Source: Eledone cirrhosa | Taxonomy: Eukaryota | Assembly (NCBI GenBank): GCA_964016885.1 | Contig: OZ024741.1 | Span: forward strand, 219,852,001 to 219,916,000 | Reading direction: 5' to 3' | DNA length: 64,000 bases | Shown here: piece after piece, positions 1-12,242 of the stretch | Layout of the letters: each line of letters starts with the position of its first letter | Position numbering within the stretch: position 1 is the stretch's first letter | Notes under the pieces: generated by a model | The model's database searches: none | What the model saw: only the letters and a program-made list of their open reading frames with translations | What the model was told of the DNA's origin: nothing | Made by a program: the position numbers and the translations under genes

Positions 1-1764
1 GGTGAACGGGTACCTCTCGGAGCCGTTCCATATCACGCAATCCATCCGACAGGGATGCCCTCTCTCCTCCCTTCTGTACGTACTGACTCTCGAGCCACTA
101 CTGCGGAAGCTGGAGCTATTGCAGGGCATCCCTTTGGAACCCGGACTGCGAAAAGAGGTGTCGGCCTACGTCGACCACATGACAGTAATGGTGTCGAGCA
201 CCTCGCAAATCCGGGAGGTCGGCACCTTACTGAAGGAATACGAAAGGTTCACAGCAGCGAAGCTGAACCGGGACAAATCCGTCGGTTTGCAACTCGGAAC
301 GTGGAGAAGCAAACCGATGCCTTCTGATGGCGTCGTCGGACGCTGGAAGGAAGGACCGGTAAAGTTGCTCGGGGTCTGGTTTGGTTGGACCTCCAGGTGG
401 AGAAGAAATGGAAGGAGGTGACGGCCAAGGTGTTTGCACTCACCCAGAAGTGGGCCGAGTGCAAACTACACTTGAAAGGTCGAGCGGAGTTGGCGAACAC
501 TTTTATAGCATCCGTCATCTATTACCGCTTGACTGTCGTGCCTTGTCCAGCCAAAAACGCTCACCAAAATGGAGCGCGCGCTCCTTCAATTCCTTTGGAA
601 GAAACGGGCACATTTGGTGAGCAGATCCATCTGCTGCCAACACCCCTCAAACGGGGGACTGGGGATGCCGTGGCTGACGATGCGCAAACACGCTCTCAGG
701 CTGCGGCACCTTCACGTATTCCTCACCAGACAACCGGTATGGGCCCCGTTCGTGAGGCGAGCCTTCCCACGACTCGTCTCGCTGACCGAGCTGCAGTCCT
801 GGGTCAAGCAAAACCGAGGAAAATGGGCGACTGGCACATCGAATGTGCTCAGGCGCTCACAGTCCTCTGGCAAACGATCAGTGGAGACTCCACTTCGACA
901 TTCTATAGAGGGTTGCTCCGCAGCAAGTGCGACAACACGCTCGGAGAAACTCTAGGCGTAGAGGAGGATGAACTGGCCAGTCTGTTCGGTAGGACCTTCC
1001 GCCCGGGACCAATGGACAACTTCCAAAGATCCCTGTCCTAGCAGTGCTACCGAGGAGCTCTACCAGTTCGAGACAAGCTCTACAGACACGGGCGCCCGGG
1101 TAGGGACCCTTCGAAAAAGGTCTGTCCGAGATGCGTGCGCGACGAGGAAACCGTCGCGCACACATTTGTACACTGCCCGGGCGTTACCGACCTGTGGGTC
1201 TATGTAGAACGACTATTGTCGCGGGTGGGACCAATCCAGTTGAGTCCATTGTCATGATCAAACCACCACCCTTCTTCAAAAACGTGGGAGAGGCGGTTTT
1301 CCTATGTGTTATGGCTATGGTGTAGAGATTATATGGTGGATGAGGTTAAAAGGGTTGAGTTCAGACACCTTTCTCTCCGGCGAGCAACTGATTCGTTTTT
1401 TTCAAATATCATTTTGGAAGAAGAATCAGGATGGAGAGAGAGGTGATGTACCCCAGCAAATTTTATAAAAGGTGGGTGAATGTGGCAAAGATGGCCCGAT
1501 TTTTTGGGCCTTATCTCTATATAAGCCTGTAGGTTGAGGAAAAAGAGGAAGAGAGGAAGGGAGTACTCACTCTTGGTGCTCCTGGAGATGAGGGTTGTAC
1601 ATTTTTTCGGGGTGTGTACAACCCCTGTGTAATGCCTCCCTCCTATTGGGGATTTCAATTGTTATTTGTTATTTTATTAATAGTTTTATTTTCATATGCC
1701 TGTATGTAAATTCCCCATTTGTATTCAGCCCCTTCTTTTGTGCCCTTGTGGCTAATAAAGAAAT

Positions 1765-1820
<56 letters not shown>
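1..1820 (+). mobile_element. Tx1/L1-clade non-LTR retrotransposon copy 1 (3' part of ORF2, degenerate; runs off window start)
   Basis: RT motifs SIRQGCPLS and degenerate YADD (YVDH), GGLG motif, C-terminal CPRC..H..C; frameshifts and stops; 3' UTR ends GCCCTTGTGGCTAATAAAG + (TATC)n at ~1767-1820. Confidence 0.9.
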
Positions 1821-2574
1821 ATATGAACAACTTCCAGAGGTTCCTGGCCTGGCAGTGCTACCGAGGAGCTCTACCAGTTCGAAACAAGATCTACAGGCAC
1901 GGACGCCCCGGCAGGGATCCTTCCAAGAGGACGTGTCCAAGATGCGCGCAGGACATTGAAACCGTCTTGCACGCAATTGTACACTGCCCGGTGGTAACCG
2001 ACCTGTGGAACTACGCAGAACAACTGCTGTCACGTATGGGACAAATCCAGTTGACTGCCGAGTCCATAGTAAGGATCAAACCGCCAACTTCTTTAAAAAA
2101 CGAAATAGAAGTGGTTTTCCTCTGTGTAGAGAGGACTGAGGACAGATGCCTTTCTCTCCGGGCAACAACTCATTTGCTTCTTTAGGTACCACTTTAGAAG
2201 GAGAATCAGAGTGGAGAGAGAGGCACTGCACCCCAGTAAATTTACTGAAAGGTGGGTGAATGTAGCAAAAATGGCCCGAGTGATTGGGCCTTCTCTGTAT
2301 ATAAACATGTAGGTTGAAGAAGAGAGCAAAAGGAAGAAAGGAGCACTTGCACAACAGGCTCCTGAAGTTGAGGGTTGCTCTATGGACGGGGTATTAAACA
2401 ACCCATTTGTGGCGCATCCCCCCTATTGGGAATTTCGATTGTTAAATTTGTTTGTTTCAATATTTTTACACGATTGTATGTAAAATTCCCGGCATGTGTC
2501 TTTGTTTTGTCCCCTTTTCTTGTGCGCCCTTGTGGCAAATAAAGAAATATATCTATCCATGCATCCATCCATCT
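1821..2574 (+). mobile_element. Tx1 copy 2, strongly 5'-truncated (ORF2 C-terminus + 3' UTR)
   Basis: Begins directly after the (TATC)n of copy 1 with MNNFQRFLAWQCYRGALPVR; same 3' UTR type as copy 5; ends AATAAAG + degenerate TATC/CATC tail. Confidence 0.88.
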
Positions 2575-2718
2575 AGTGCTCCTTTCTTCCTTTTGCTCTC
2601 TTCTTCAACCTACATGTTTATATACAGAGAAGGCCCAATCACTCGGGCCATTTTTGCTACATTCACCCACCTTTCAGTAAATTTACTGGGGTGCAGTGCC
2701 TCTCTCTCCACTCTGATT
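2575..2718 (-). repeat. 144-bp inverted duplicate of 2204-2347
   Basis: Reverse complement of 2204-2347, including copy-2-specific bases (GTAGCAAAA, AAACATGTAGG). Confidence 0.9.
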
Positions 2719-5700
2719 TGACCTGGCCGATAGATTTCGACTAGATTTTCCGACGGTGCCAACCTGGTCTTGGTCAAATCGCAGCGGATCATCTAGGTCG
2801 TACCTAGATAGGTTTTTAGTTAGAAATAAGGACAGGGACTTTTTAAGTTGTCCAGTAATGCTCATGGTTGGCTATTCAGACCACAAGTTGGTGACCTGCA
2901 GGGTCAACCTTGATAGAACGCATAGACAGGGCCCCGGTTACTGGAAGCTGAACTTGTCCTTACCGGCTAGTAAAGCTTACAGGGACCGGATTAGTACGTT
3001 AGTTAAGGAGCGGTTGACTGGAGCGATCGTCAACAGCAGGTGGTGGGTATCTCTAAAGAGAGAGATTAGATTAGTCTCGATATAATTTAGTAAGGTTCTA
3101 GCTGCGGATAGGAATAGGAAGGAAAGGGAGCTGATAGATAGAGTAGAAGAGGCAATTAGAAGCGGCGACGTGGCCAGAGTGCTAGCGTCGAGAACAGCTT
3201 TGAGCCAGTTTTTCGACGCGAAGCACGAAGGCTGCGTTGTCCGAAGTAAAATACGTGCTCTAGGGAACGAGGGGACCAAATCTGTTAGCTGGGCCCGCGT
3301 GACAGAAGCCAAGAGTGGAACTAAATCCACCATCCGGTTTTTGCGAGACCAGGATGGACGGGCGATTCTTGAGCCTAAGCAGACGTGTGAGGCCTTTCAA
3401 AAGCACTTTGCCCGATTGTTCGGAAGGAGCGGGGAGCCGGTTGGGGATGTAGACTTCGGTCCATATCTCGACGGCCTGCCGCGTCTCTCGGACAGGGAGG
3501 CGAAGTCCTGCGAGGAGCCGATTTCAGCCGCTGAGATAGAGGACGTGCTGAGCCAATGCGGCAAACGCAAATCCCCGGGTCTCGATGGTCTTCCATACGA
3601 ACTATATCTAGCTATGCCGGACTTGTTCCCCGATCTCCTCGAGGCGGTCTACTGCAACTGGCGACAGAACGGGAGAATTCCCTGTGCTGTGACCAAGGGC
3701 GTAGTCACGCTAGTGAGGAAGGACGAGAACAAGGGGGACGAAATAAGTAACTTCAGGCCCATAACTCTGCTAAATACAGAGTTTCAGACTTTGGCCAAGG
3801 TGCTAGCAAAGAGGTTGGCGCTTGTCGTGGGCAACCTGGTGGGAGATGCGCAGATATGCTATCCCGTCCAGATCCATCCATGACAACCTCCACCTCATGC
3901 GATACATCATAGAGAGGGTTGGGAACGAACCCGGCTTTGGTGGGGCTCTGATCAACTTGGATCAATCTAAGGCGTTCGATAGGGTCGACCATGGTTACCT
4001 GGATGCGGTGCTAGCGGCGGCAGGCTTCGGACCCGTTTTCAGGGGCTGGATCACTGCTGTGCACAGCAGCCGCATCTGCTCTAGAGTCAAGGTGAACGGC
4101 TACCTCTCGGAGCCGTTCGAAATCGCGCGGTCCATCCGACAAGGGTGCCCTCTCTCCTCCCTTCTGTATGTATTGACTCTCGAGCCACTACAGCGGAAGT
4201 TGGAGTTGTTGCAGGGCATCCCTTTGGAACCGGGATTGCGGAAAGCGGTGTCGGCCTACGCCGATGACGTGACAGTAATGGTGTCGACGTCCTCCGAAAT
4301 CGGGGCGATCGGCACCTTACTGGAGGAGTACGAAAGGTTCACAGGGGCTAAGCTGAACTGGGACAAGTCGATCGGTTTGCAACTCGGCACATGGAGGGGC
4401 AAACCAATGCCCTCCGATGGCGTCGTCGGACGCTGGACGGAGGGCCCGGTGAAGTTGCTCGGGGTCTGGTTCGGACCAGACCTCCAGGTGGAGAAGAACT
4501 GGGCGGATGTTACGAACAGGGTGTTTGCACTGACCCAGAAGTGGGCCAGTTGCAAACTATCCCTGAAAGGTCGGGCTGAGGTGGCGAACACCTATATAGC
4601 GTCCGTCATCTACTACCGCCTGACCGTCGTGCCTTGCCCAAGGGAGACCCTCGCCAAGATGGAGCGCGCGCTCTTCCAATTCCTTTGGAAGAGGCGGGCT
4701 CCTATGGTGAGGAGATCCATCTGCTGTCAACACCCTTCGAAAGGAGGGCTGGGGATGCCGTGGATATTGATGCGTAAACACGCATTAAGGCTACGGCACC
4801 TCCACGTATTCCTCACCGGTCAACCGGTGTGGGCCTCGTTTGTGAGACGAACATTTCCCAGACTCGTCTCACTCACCGAGCTGCAATCCTGGGTCAAGCA
4901 AAGACCGAGAAAACTGGGCGCCTGGCACACCGAGTGTGCCCAGGCGCTCACCGTCCTCTGGCAGGCAGATCCGGTTATCAGTGGAGACTCCACCGCAACA
5001 TTCTATAGAGGGCTGGTACGCAGCAGGTGCGACGACGCCCTCGGAGGAGCCCTAGATATGGAGGAAGACGAACTAGCCAGCCTCTTCGGTAGGACATTCA
5101 GCCCGGGACCTATGGACAACTTCCAGAAGTCCCTGGCCTGGCAGTGCTACCGAGGCGCTCTACCCGTTCGAGAAAAGCTCTACAGACACGGGCTCCCGGG
5201 TAGGGACCCCGCCAAAAAGATCTGTCCCAGATGCGTGTGCGACGGGGAAACCGTTGCACACGCATTGGTACACTGCTCGGGCGTAGCCGATGTGGGGCTA
5301 TGTCGAACAACTGCTGTCAAGGGTGGGACCGATCCGGTTGACCACCGAGTCTATTGTAACGATCAAGCCGCCTCCCCCCTTCAAAAATGAAGGATAGGCG
5401 GTGTTTCTGTGCGTAATAGCCATGGTGAAAGAGGTTGTATGGTGGACGCGTCTGAAAGGACTGAGGTCAGACACCTTTCTCTCTGGCCAACAACTGGTCC
5501 GTTTCTTCCGATATCATTTCGGAAGAAGGATCAGGATGGAGAGAGAGGTGCTCCACCCCAGTCGTTTTTATGAAAGGTGGGTGAAAGTGGCTAGAATGGT
5601 CCGTGTGAATGGGCCTTCTCTTTACATAAGCCTGTAGGTGGAGAAGAGGAAGGAACGAGGGAGCACCCTCTCTCTGTGCTCCTGAGGAGAAGGGGTTGTA

Positions 5701-5886
5701 CACTTTTTTCGGGGGTGTGTGTGACACCCCCCACCCCAAACGCCCCCTCCCTATTGAGGACTTATTGTTAAGTTTATTGTTAATTTTATATTTGTTATAT
5801 ATTTTCTTTACTCGCCTTTTCATGTAAACTCCCCCCATTGTACTTGTCCCACTGTTTGATGCCCTGGTGGCAAATAAAAAGAAACA

Positions 5887-5929
<43 letters not shown>

Positions 5930-5930
5930 A
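2715..5930 (+). mobile_element. Tx1 copy 3, 5'-truncated within the APE domain
   Basis: APE C-terminus (SYLDRFL, YSDHKL, GPGYWKLN), RT (KSPGLDGLP, FRPITLLN, DQSKAFDRV, QGCPLS, YADD), stop at 3083, frameshifts at ~3850 and ~5290; ORF2 end 5637; (TATC)n ~5887-5929. Confidence 0.92.
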
Positions 5931-6221
5931 TAATGGGCCTTCTCTCTATATCAGCCTGTAGGTTGAGGAAAAGGAGGAGGAGAGGAAAGGAGTACAAGCT
6001 CTTCGTACTCCTGGAGATAAGGGTTGCACATTTTTTTTCGGGGGTATGTGTTACCCATATAATCAGTCTCCCTCTATTGGGGAAAATCGACTAACTTTTT
6101 AAATGTGATAACATTTTACACGTTTTTATTGTATGTAAACTTCCCCCTTTGTATTTGTCCCCTTCTTTTGTGCCCCTGTGGCTAATAAAGAAATATATCT
6201 ATCTATCTATCTATCTATCTA
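5931..6221 (+). mobile_element. Tx1 copy 4, minimal 3'-end fragment (~260 bp + tail)
   Basis: Nearly identical to the 3' UTR of copy 6 (11916-12183); (TATC)n on both sides. Confidence 0.88.
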
Positions 6222-7185
6222 TAAACGATGGGCCCCTGGCACATTGAATGCGCTCAGGCGCTCACAGTCCTCTGGCAAGCGGGCGCAGCAATCAGTGGAG
6301 ACTCCACTTCGACATTCTATAGAGGGATTGTACGTTACAAGGGCGACGACGTGCTCGGAGAGACTCTGGGCGTCGAAGACGATGAGCTCACCAGTCTGTT
6401 TGGTAGGACTTTCCGCCCGGGACCTATGGACAACTTCCAGAGGTCCCTGGCCTGGCAGTGCTACCGAGGAGCTCTACCGGTTCGTGACAAGATCTACAGG
6501 CACGGGCGCCCTGGCAGGGATCCTTCCAAGAGGACGTGTCCAAGATGTGCGCAGGACATTGAAACAGTTCTGCACGCAATTGTACACTGCCCGAGCGTAA
6601 GCGACCTGTGGAACTATGCAGAACAACTGCTGTCGCGTATGGGACAAATCCAGTTGACTGCCGAGTCCATAGTAAGGATCAAACCGCCAGACTCTTTCAA
6701 AAACGAAAGAGAGGCGGTTTTCCTCTGTACGGTGGCTATGGTGAAAGAAGTTATATGGTGGACGAGGTTGAGAGGACTGAGTACAGATGCCTTTCTCTCC
6801 GGACAACAATTGATTCCCTTCTTTAAGTATCACTTTAGAAGGAGAGTCAGGGTGGAGAGAGAGGCACTGCACCCCAGTAAATTTACTGAAAGGTGGGTGA
6901 ATGAAGCGAAAATGGCCCGAGTGATTGGGCCTTCTCTGTTTATAAGCCTGTAGGTTGAGGAAGAGAGCAAAAGGAAGAAAGGAGCACTTGCACAACACGC
7001 TCCTCGAGTTGAGGGTTGTTCTATCGACGGGTATTAAACAACCCATGTGTGGCGCCTCCCCCCTATTGGGGATTTCGATTGTTGAAATTGTTTGTTTTTA
7101 GATTTTTACACGACTGTATGTAAAATCCCCGGCATGTCTTTGTATTGTCCCCTTTTCTTGTTGCGCCCTTGTGGCTAATAAAGAA

Positions 7186-7227
<42 letters not shown>
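6222..7227 (+). mobile_element. Tx1 copy 5, 5'-truncated (ORF2 C-terminal 241 aa + 3' UTR)
   Basis: ORF 6228-6953 with CPRC..H..C and terminal GPSLFISL; AATAAAG + (TATC)n ~7186-7227. Confidence 0.9.
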
Positions 7228-8470
7228 TTTTGGGAGTATTTCGGTACTCATGAAGGATCAATTGACGGCCCAAAATTACTCTGTGTCGCCAATTGTATCC
7301 AACCTGTACACCTTTTTCCCTACATACATGGGAAAAAGGACACAAAAGATCAGAATCACGAGTGTCACACCAAAGGTGAACATATGGTGGATACTGTTCG
7401 GCTTCATCAATTTTGATGAAGACAGAATACTGTCAGTAGGAAAGTCCCCCAGAGATGTATTCAATGGGACTAGCATTGAAGTTCTGGTGCAAATGAGCCC
7501 AGAGCGAATAGCTATGATCCCACAGCGTGTACTCCTGGACGGACTCACCTACATAAACCTTTCGGTTGAGGGTAGGCGGCCTTCATATTACCATTGCTTT
7601 AGCAGGGGTCACCTGAGGGCTTCCTGTCCTAAACTAATGAACCAAAAAAAGGCTCTTCTGCCAACACCCATCAAAACAACACAACCACCAACACCACCAC
7701 TACAACAACAACACCAACACACAAAAATAACCACAACAAACACAGTCCCACCCAACCTCACTCCACCTAAAACCACTGCAAAATCACATACAGACACAAA
7801 AGCTCCCCAAGACATACCCCTCCCCAATCACACAGACGATACAACAGATGAGGCTATCTCGCCATCACCCAGTGAAGACGAGGGAGAACCCCATCGCTCG
7901 AAAAGAAAGAAAAGACATCACAAAAGCAAAAAACCAGCAAACACTACCACAAACATACAACCACCAACACAAACAACAAAAATATCACAAACAAAACCCC
8001 CACCTCCTGAAAACAAAATACCTACAACAAAACGAAAGCACACACAAGAACTACAGACAAAAACAAACACAACACAAGAAAATTACACTTACACTTACAT
8101 AAACACTGAAAACAAAACACTAATGGAGACCATTACGAACGACCCTTCGGTTTTCACCGAAGGGAAAACTTTCGCCCACTCTATAAAAAATAGCAAAAAA
8201 ATGAACCTAAAACTGATTAGGGTCCCTATACAAACTTATAGGTCCCTAAAAGAAACATTTGAGAAGGATGTCGGGAATTCCTGCGTGAAACCACTCAACT
8301 GCGTCCTTCTCAAATGCCTCCCCACCCCAGACACCCCCATCCCACCATACCCCACCCCACCAAACATCTGCGTCCCCACCCCGCCGGAAACCACCACCCA
8401 TCCAGACAACCCCTCCAACACCCCCATGGAAATCGTGCGGCCTGGTCCCCAGGAGGCGAAGGGTGAGTGA
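7228..8470 (+). pseudogene. Tx1 ORF1 (gag-like nucleic-acid-binding protein), N-terminally truncated
   Basis: Degenerate zinc knuckle EGRRPSYYHCFSRGHLRASCP, then Thr/Pro/Gln-rich region; homologous to copy 7 ORF1; upstream 'YLSI' part of the ORF call is the microsatellite. Confidence 0.8.
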
Positions 8471-8503
8471 TCTCTTTTCCTCTTTTAACTTTTCAGCACC
8501 AAC

Positions 8504-11500
8504 ATGGCCAATATAAGAGTTGGATGTGTGAACGTACGCGGCCTGGGGATGCCCTGGAAACAGGGCAAACTCTTAAACGACCTCAGGTCGCACAGTTTGG
8601 ATGTGGTAGCCATTTGCGAGTCCAGGATCCACGGCGAGCGACAGCTGGCCCCCATCTTCGATGACTTTGAGATCTACGCATCTCTCTGTCAACCGGGGGG
8701 TGGGGGCGGAGTTGCCGTTTTGCTGCGGAAACACCTGGGCCTCGTAACACAGACGGTACATCTGGACCCGGAGGGTCGACTGGTGGTCCTAGACGTTGAC
8801 GGTAGTGAAGGTGGAGCGTTCAGGCTGGTGGCCGCATATGCCCCATCCGGGACACCGCGGCCAGACTTCTTCAAACGTCTAGAGACTTTTCTGGGAACGT
8901 CCCGCTCCTTGCTTTTAGTGGGGGACTGGAATGGAATCCTAGATGCACGTTGGGACTATGTGGGAGCATGTCCCGATAAAGGGGGGTGTAACAGCCTCAA
9001 ACAGTTAATCGACCGATTTGACCTGGCCGATAGATATCGACTAGATTTTCCGACTGCGCCACTGTGGACGTGGAGTAATCGTAGCGGAACATCTAGATCG
9101 TACCTAGATAGGGTTCTAGTTAGAAATAAGGATAGGGACATGTTAAGCTGTCCACAAATGTTCATGGTTGCCTATTCAGATCACAAACTAGTGACCTGCA
9201 TGGCCAACCTTGATAGAACCCATAGACAAGGACCAGGCTACTGGAAGCTGAACTTGTCGTTACCGACAAGCAAAGCCTACAGTAGACGGATTAGCACTTT
9301 AGTTAAACAGCACTTGACAGGGGCCATTGTCAACAACAGATGGTGGTACTCTCTCAAGAGGGCAGTTAGATTAGACTCGATAGTTTTTAGTAAAGAATTA
9401 GCGTTAGATAGAAATAGAACCGAGAAGGAACTGGTAGATAAAGTAGAAGAGGCAATTAGAAGTGGCAACGTAGCCAGCGTGCTAGCAACGAGAACGGCCT
9501 TGGACCAGTTCTTCGACGCAAAGCACGAGGGCTGCGTTGTCAGAAGCAAAATACGTGCTCTGGGAAACGAGGGAGCCAAAGCTGTTAGCTGGGCCCGAGT
9601 GACGGAGGCAAAAAGTGGCAACAAGTCCACGATTCGGTCTTTGAAGGACCAAAACGGACGCGTGATACGTGAGCCGAAGCAGATGTGTGCGGCTTTTCAG
9701 CGGCACTTTGCTCGGCTGTTCGGGGGGGGGGGGCGGCGCGCCGGGAGGGGCTATGGATTTCGGTCCATACCTCGACGGCCTACCGCGACTCTCGGACAGC
9801 GAGGCGAAGTTCTGCGAAAAGCCGATTTCAGCCACTGAGATAGGGGACGCGCTGAGCCAATGCGGCAAACGCAAATCTCCAGGTCTCGACGGTCTACCCT
9901 ACGAATTTTACGTAGCAATGCCGGACTTATTCTCCGGTCTCCTGGAAGCGGTCTACTGCAACTGGCAACAGAACGGGAGAATTCCCAGTTCTGTAACCGG
10001 GGGCGTGGTCACACTAATCAGGAAGGACGAGAATAAGGGGGATGACATAGGCAACTTCCGGCCCATAACTCTGCTAAACACAGAGTTACAGATTTTGGCC
10101 AAGGTGTTGGCAAAGAGGCTGGCGCTTGTCGTCGAGAACCTGGTGGGAGAAGCGCAGACATGCGCGATCCCGACCAGGTCCATACACGACAACCTCCACC
10201 TCATGCGATACATCATAGAGAGGGTAGGGTGTAAACCCGGCTTCGGTGGGGCCCTGATCAACTTGGATCAGTCTAAGGCTTTCGATAGGGTTGACCATCG
10301 TTACCTGGATGCGGTGCTCGAGGCGGCAGGCTTCGGACCCGTGTTCAGGGGCTGGATTGCTGCAATGCACAACAGCAACATCTGCTCAAGGGTCAAGGTG
10401 AACGGTTACCTCTCGGAGCCGTTCCATATTACGCGATCCATTCGACAGGGATGCCCTCTCTCCTCCCTTCTGTACGTACTGACTCTCGAGCCACTACTGC
10501 GGAAGCTGGAGCTATTGCAGGGCATCCCTCTGGAACCGGGACTGCGGAAAGCGGCGTCGGCCTACGCCGACGACGTGACAGTAATGGTGTCGAGCGCCTC
10601 GCAAATCGAGAAAGTCGGCACCTTACTAAAGGAATACGAAAGTCTCACAGGAGCGAAGCTGAACCGGGACAAGTCCATCGGTTTGCAACTCGGATCGTGG
10701 AGAGGCAGACCGATGCCTTCCGATGGCGTCGTCGGACGCTGGACGGAAGGACCGGTAAAGCTGCTCGGGGTCTGGTTTGGTCCGGACCTCCAGGTGGAGA
10801 AGAACTGGAACGAAGTGACGGCCAAGGTGTTTGCACTCACCCAGAAGTGGGCCGAGTGCAAACTATCCTTGAAAGGTCGAGCGGAGGTGGCGAACACTTT
10901 TATAGCGTCCGCCATCTACTACCGCTTGACCGTCGTGCCTTGTCCAGCCAAAACGCTCGCCAAAATGGAGCGCGCCCTCTTCCGATTCCTTTGGAAGAGG
11001 CGGGCTCCTTTGGTAAGAAGATCCATCTGCTGCCAACACCCTTCTAACGGAGGGCTGGGGATGCCGTGGTTGACGATGCGCAAACACGCGCTCAGGCTGC
11101 GGCATCTCTACGTATTCCTCACCGGACAACCGGTGTGGGCCCCGTTCGTGAGGCGAGCCTTCCCACGACTCGTCTCACTGACCGAGCTGCAGTCCTGGGT
11201 CAAGCAGAGACCGAGGAAAATGGGCGACTGGCACATCGAATGTGCTCAGGCGCTCACAGCCCTCTGGCAGGCGGACCCGGCGATCAGTGGAGACTCCACT
11301 TCGTCATTCTATAGAGGGTTGGTCCGCAGCAAGTGCGACGACGCGCTCGGTGAAACTCTAGGCGTGGAGGAAGATGAACTGGCCAGTCTGTTCGGTAGGA
11401 CCTTCCGCCCGGGACCGATGGACAACTTCCAAAAGTCCCTGGCCTGGCAGTGCTACCGAGGAGCTCTACCAGTTCGAGACAAGCTCTACAGACATGGGCG

Positions 11501-11945
11501 CCCGGGCAGGGACCCTGCAAAAAAGATCTGTCCGAGGTGCGTGCGAGACGGAGAAACCGTCGCGCACGCATTCATACACTGCCCGGGCGTCACTGACCTG
11601 TGGGGCTATGTAGAACGACTATTGTCGCGGGTGGGACCAATCCAGTTGACCACCGAGTCCATTGTCATGATCAAACCGCCACCCTCCTTCAAAAACGAAG
11701 GAGAGGCGGTTTTCCTTTGTGTGATAGCTATGGCGAAAGAGGTTGTATGGTAGACAAAGTTGAAAGGGCTGAGGTCAGACACCTTTCTCTCCGGCCAACA
11801 ACTGATTCTTTTTTTCAAATACCACTTTGGAAGAAGAATCAGGATGGAGAGAGAGGTGCTGTACCCCAGCAAGTTTCATGAAAGGTGGGTGAAAGTGGCG
11901 AGAATGGCCCGAGTGAATGGGCCTTCTCTCTATATCAGCCTGTAG
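8504..11945 (+). pseudogene. Tx1 ORF2 (APE endonuclease + reverse transcriptase + C-terminal Cys/His motif)
   Basis: NVRGL, GDWN, SDH APE motifs; YADD RT; frameshift in G-run 9722-9733; premature TAG 11751-11753 where paralogues have TGG. Confidence 0.92.
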
Positions 11946-12184
11946 GTTGAGGAAAAGGAGGAGGAGAGGAAAGGAGTACAAGCTCTTCGTACTCCTGGAG
12001 ATGAGGGTTGCACATTTTTTTCGGGGGTCTGTGTTACCCATATAAACTGTCTCCCTCTATTGGGGAAAATCGACTAACTTTTAAATTCCATCTGTGATAA
12101 CATTTTACACGTTTTTATTGTATGTAAACTTCCCCCTTTGTATTTGTCCCCTTCTTTTGTGCCCCTGTGGCTAATAAAGAAATA

Positions 12185-12241
<57 letters not shown>

Positions 12242-12242
<1 letters not shown>

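Larger units (their letters stand above)
7228..12241 (+). mobile_element. Tx1 copy 6, near-intact but 5'-truncated in ORF1
   Basis: ORF1 remainder, ORF2 with only two lesions, 3' UTR, (TATC)n 12184-12241. Confidence 0.93.

Noticed and set aside
8463-8496. 34-nt intron fusing ORF1 to ORF2 in copy 6
   Set aside because: Very short, and the acceptor AG is absent from the other two copies.
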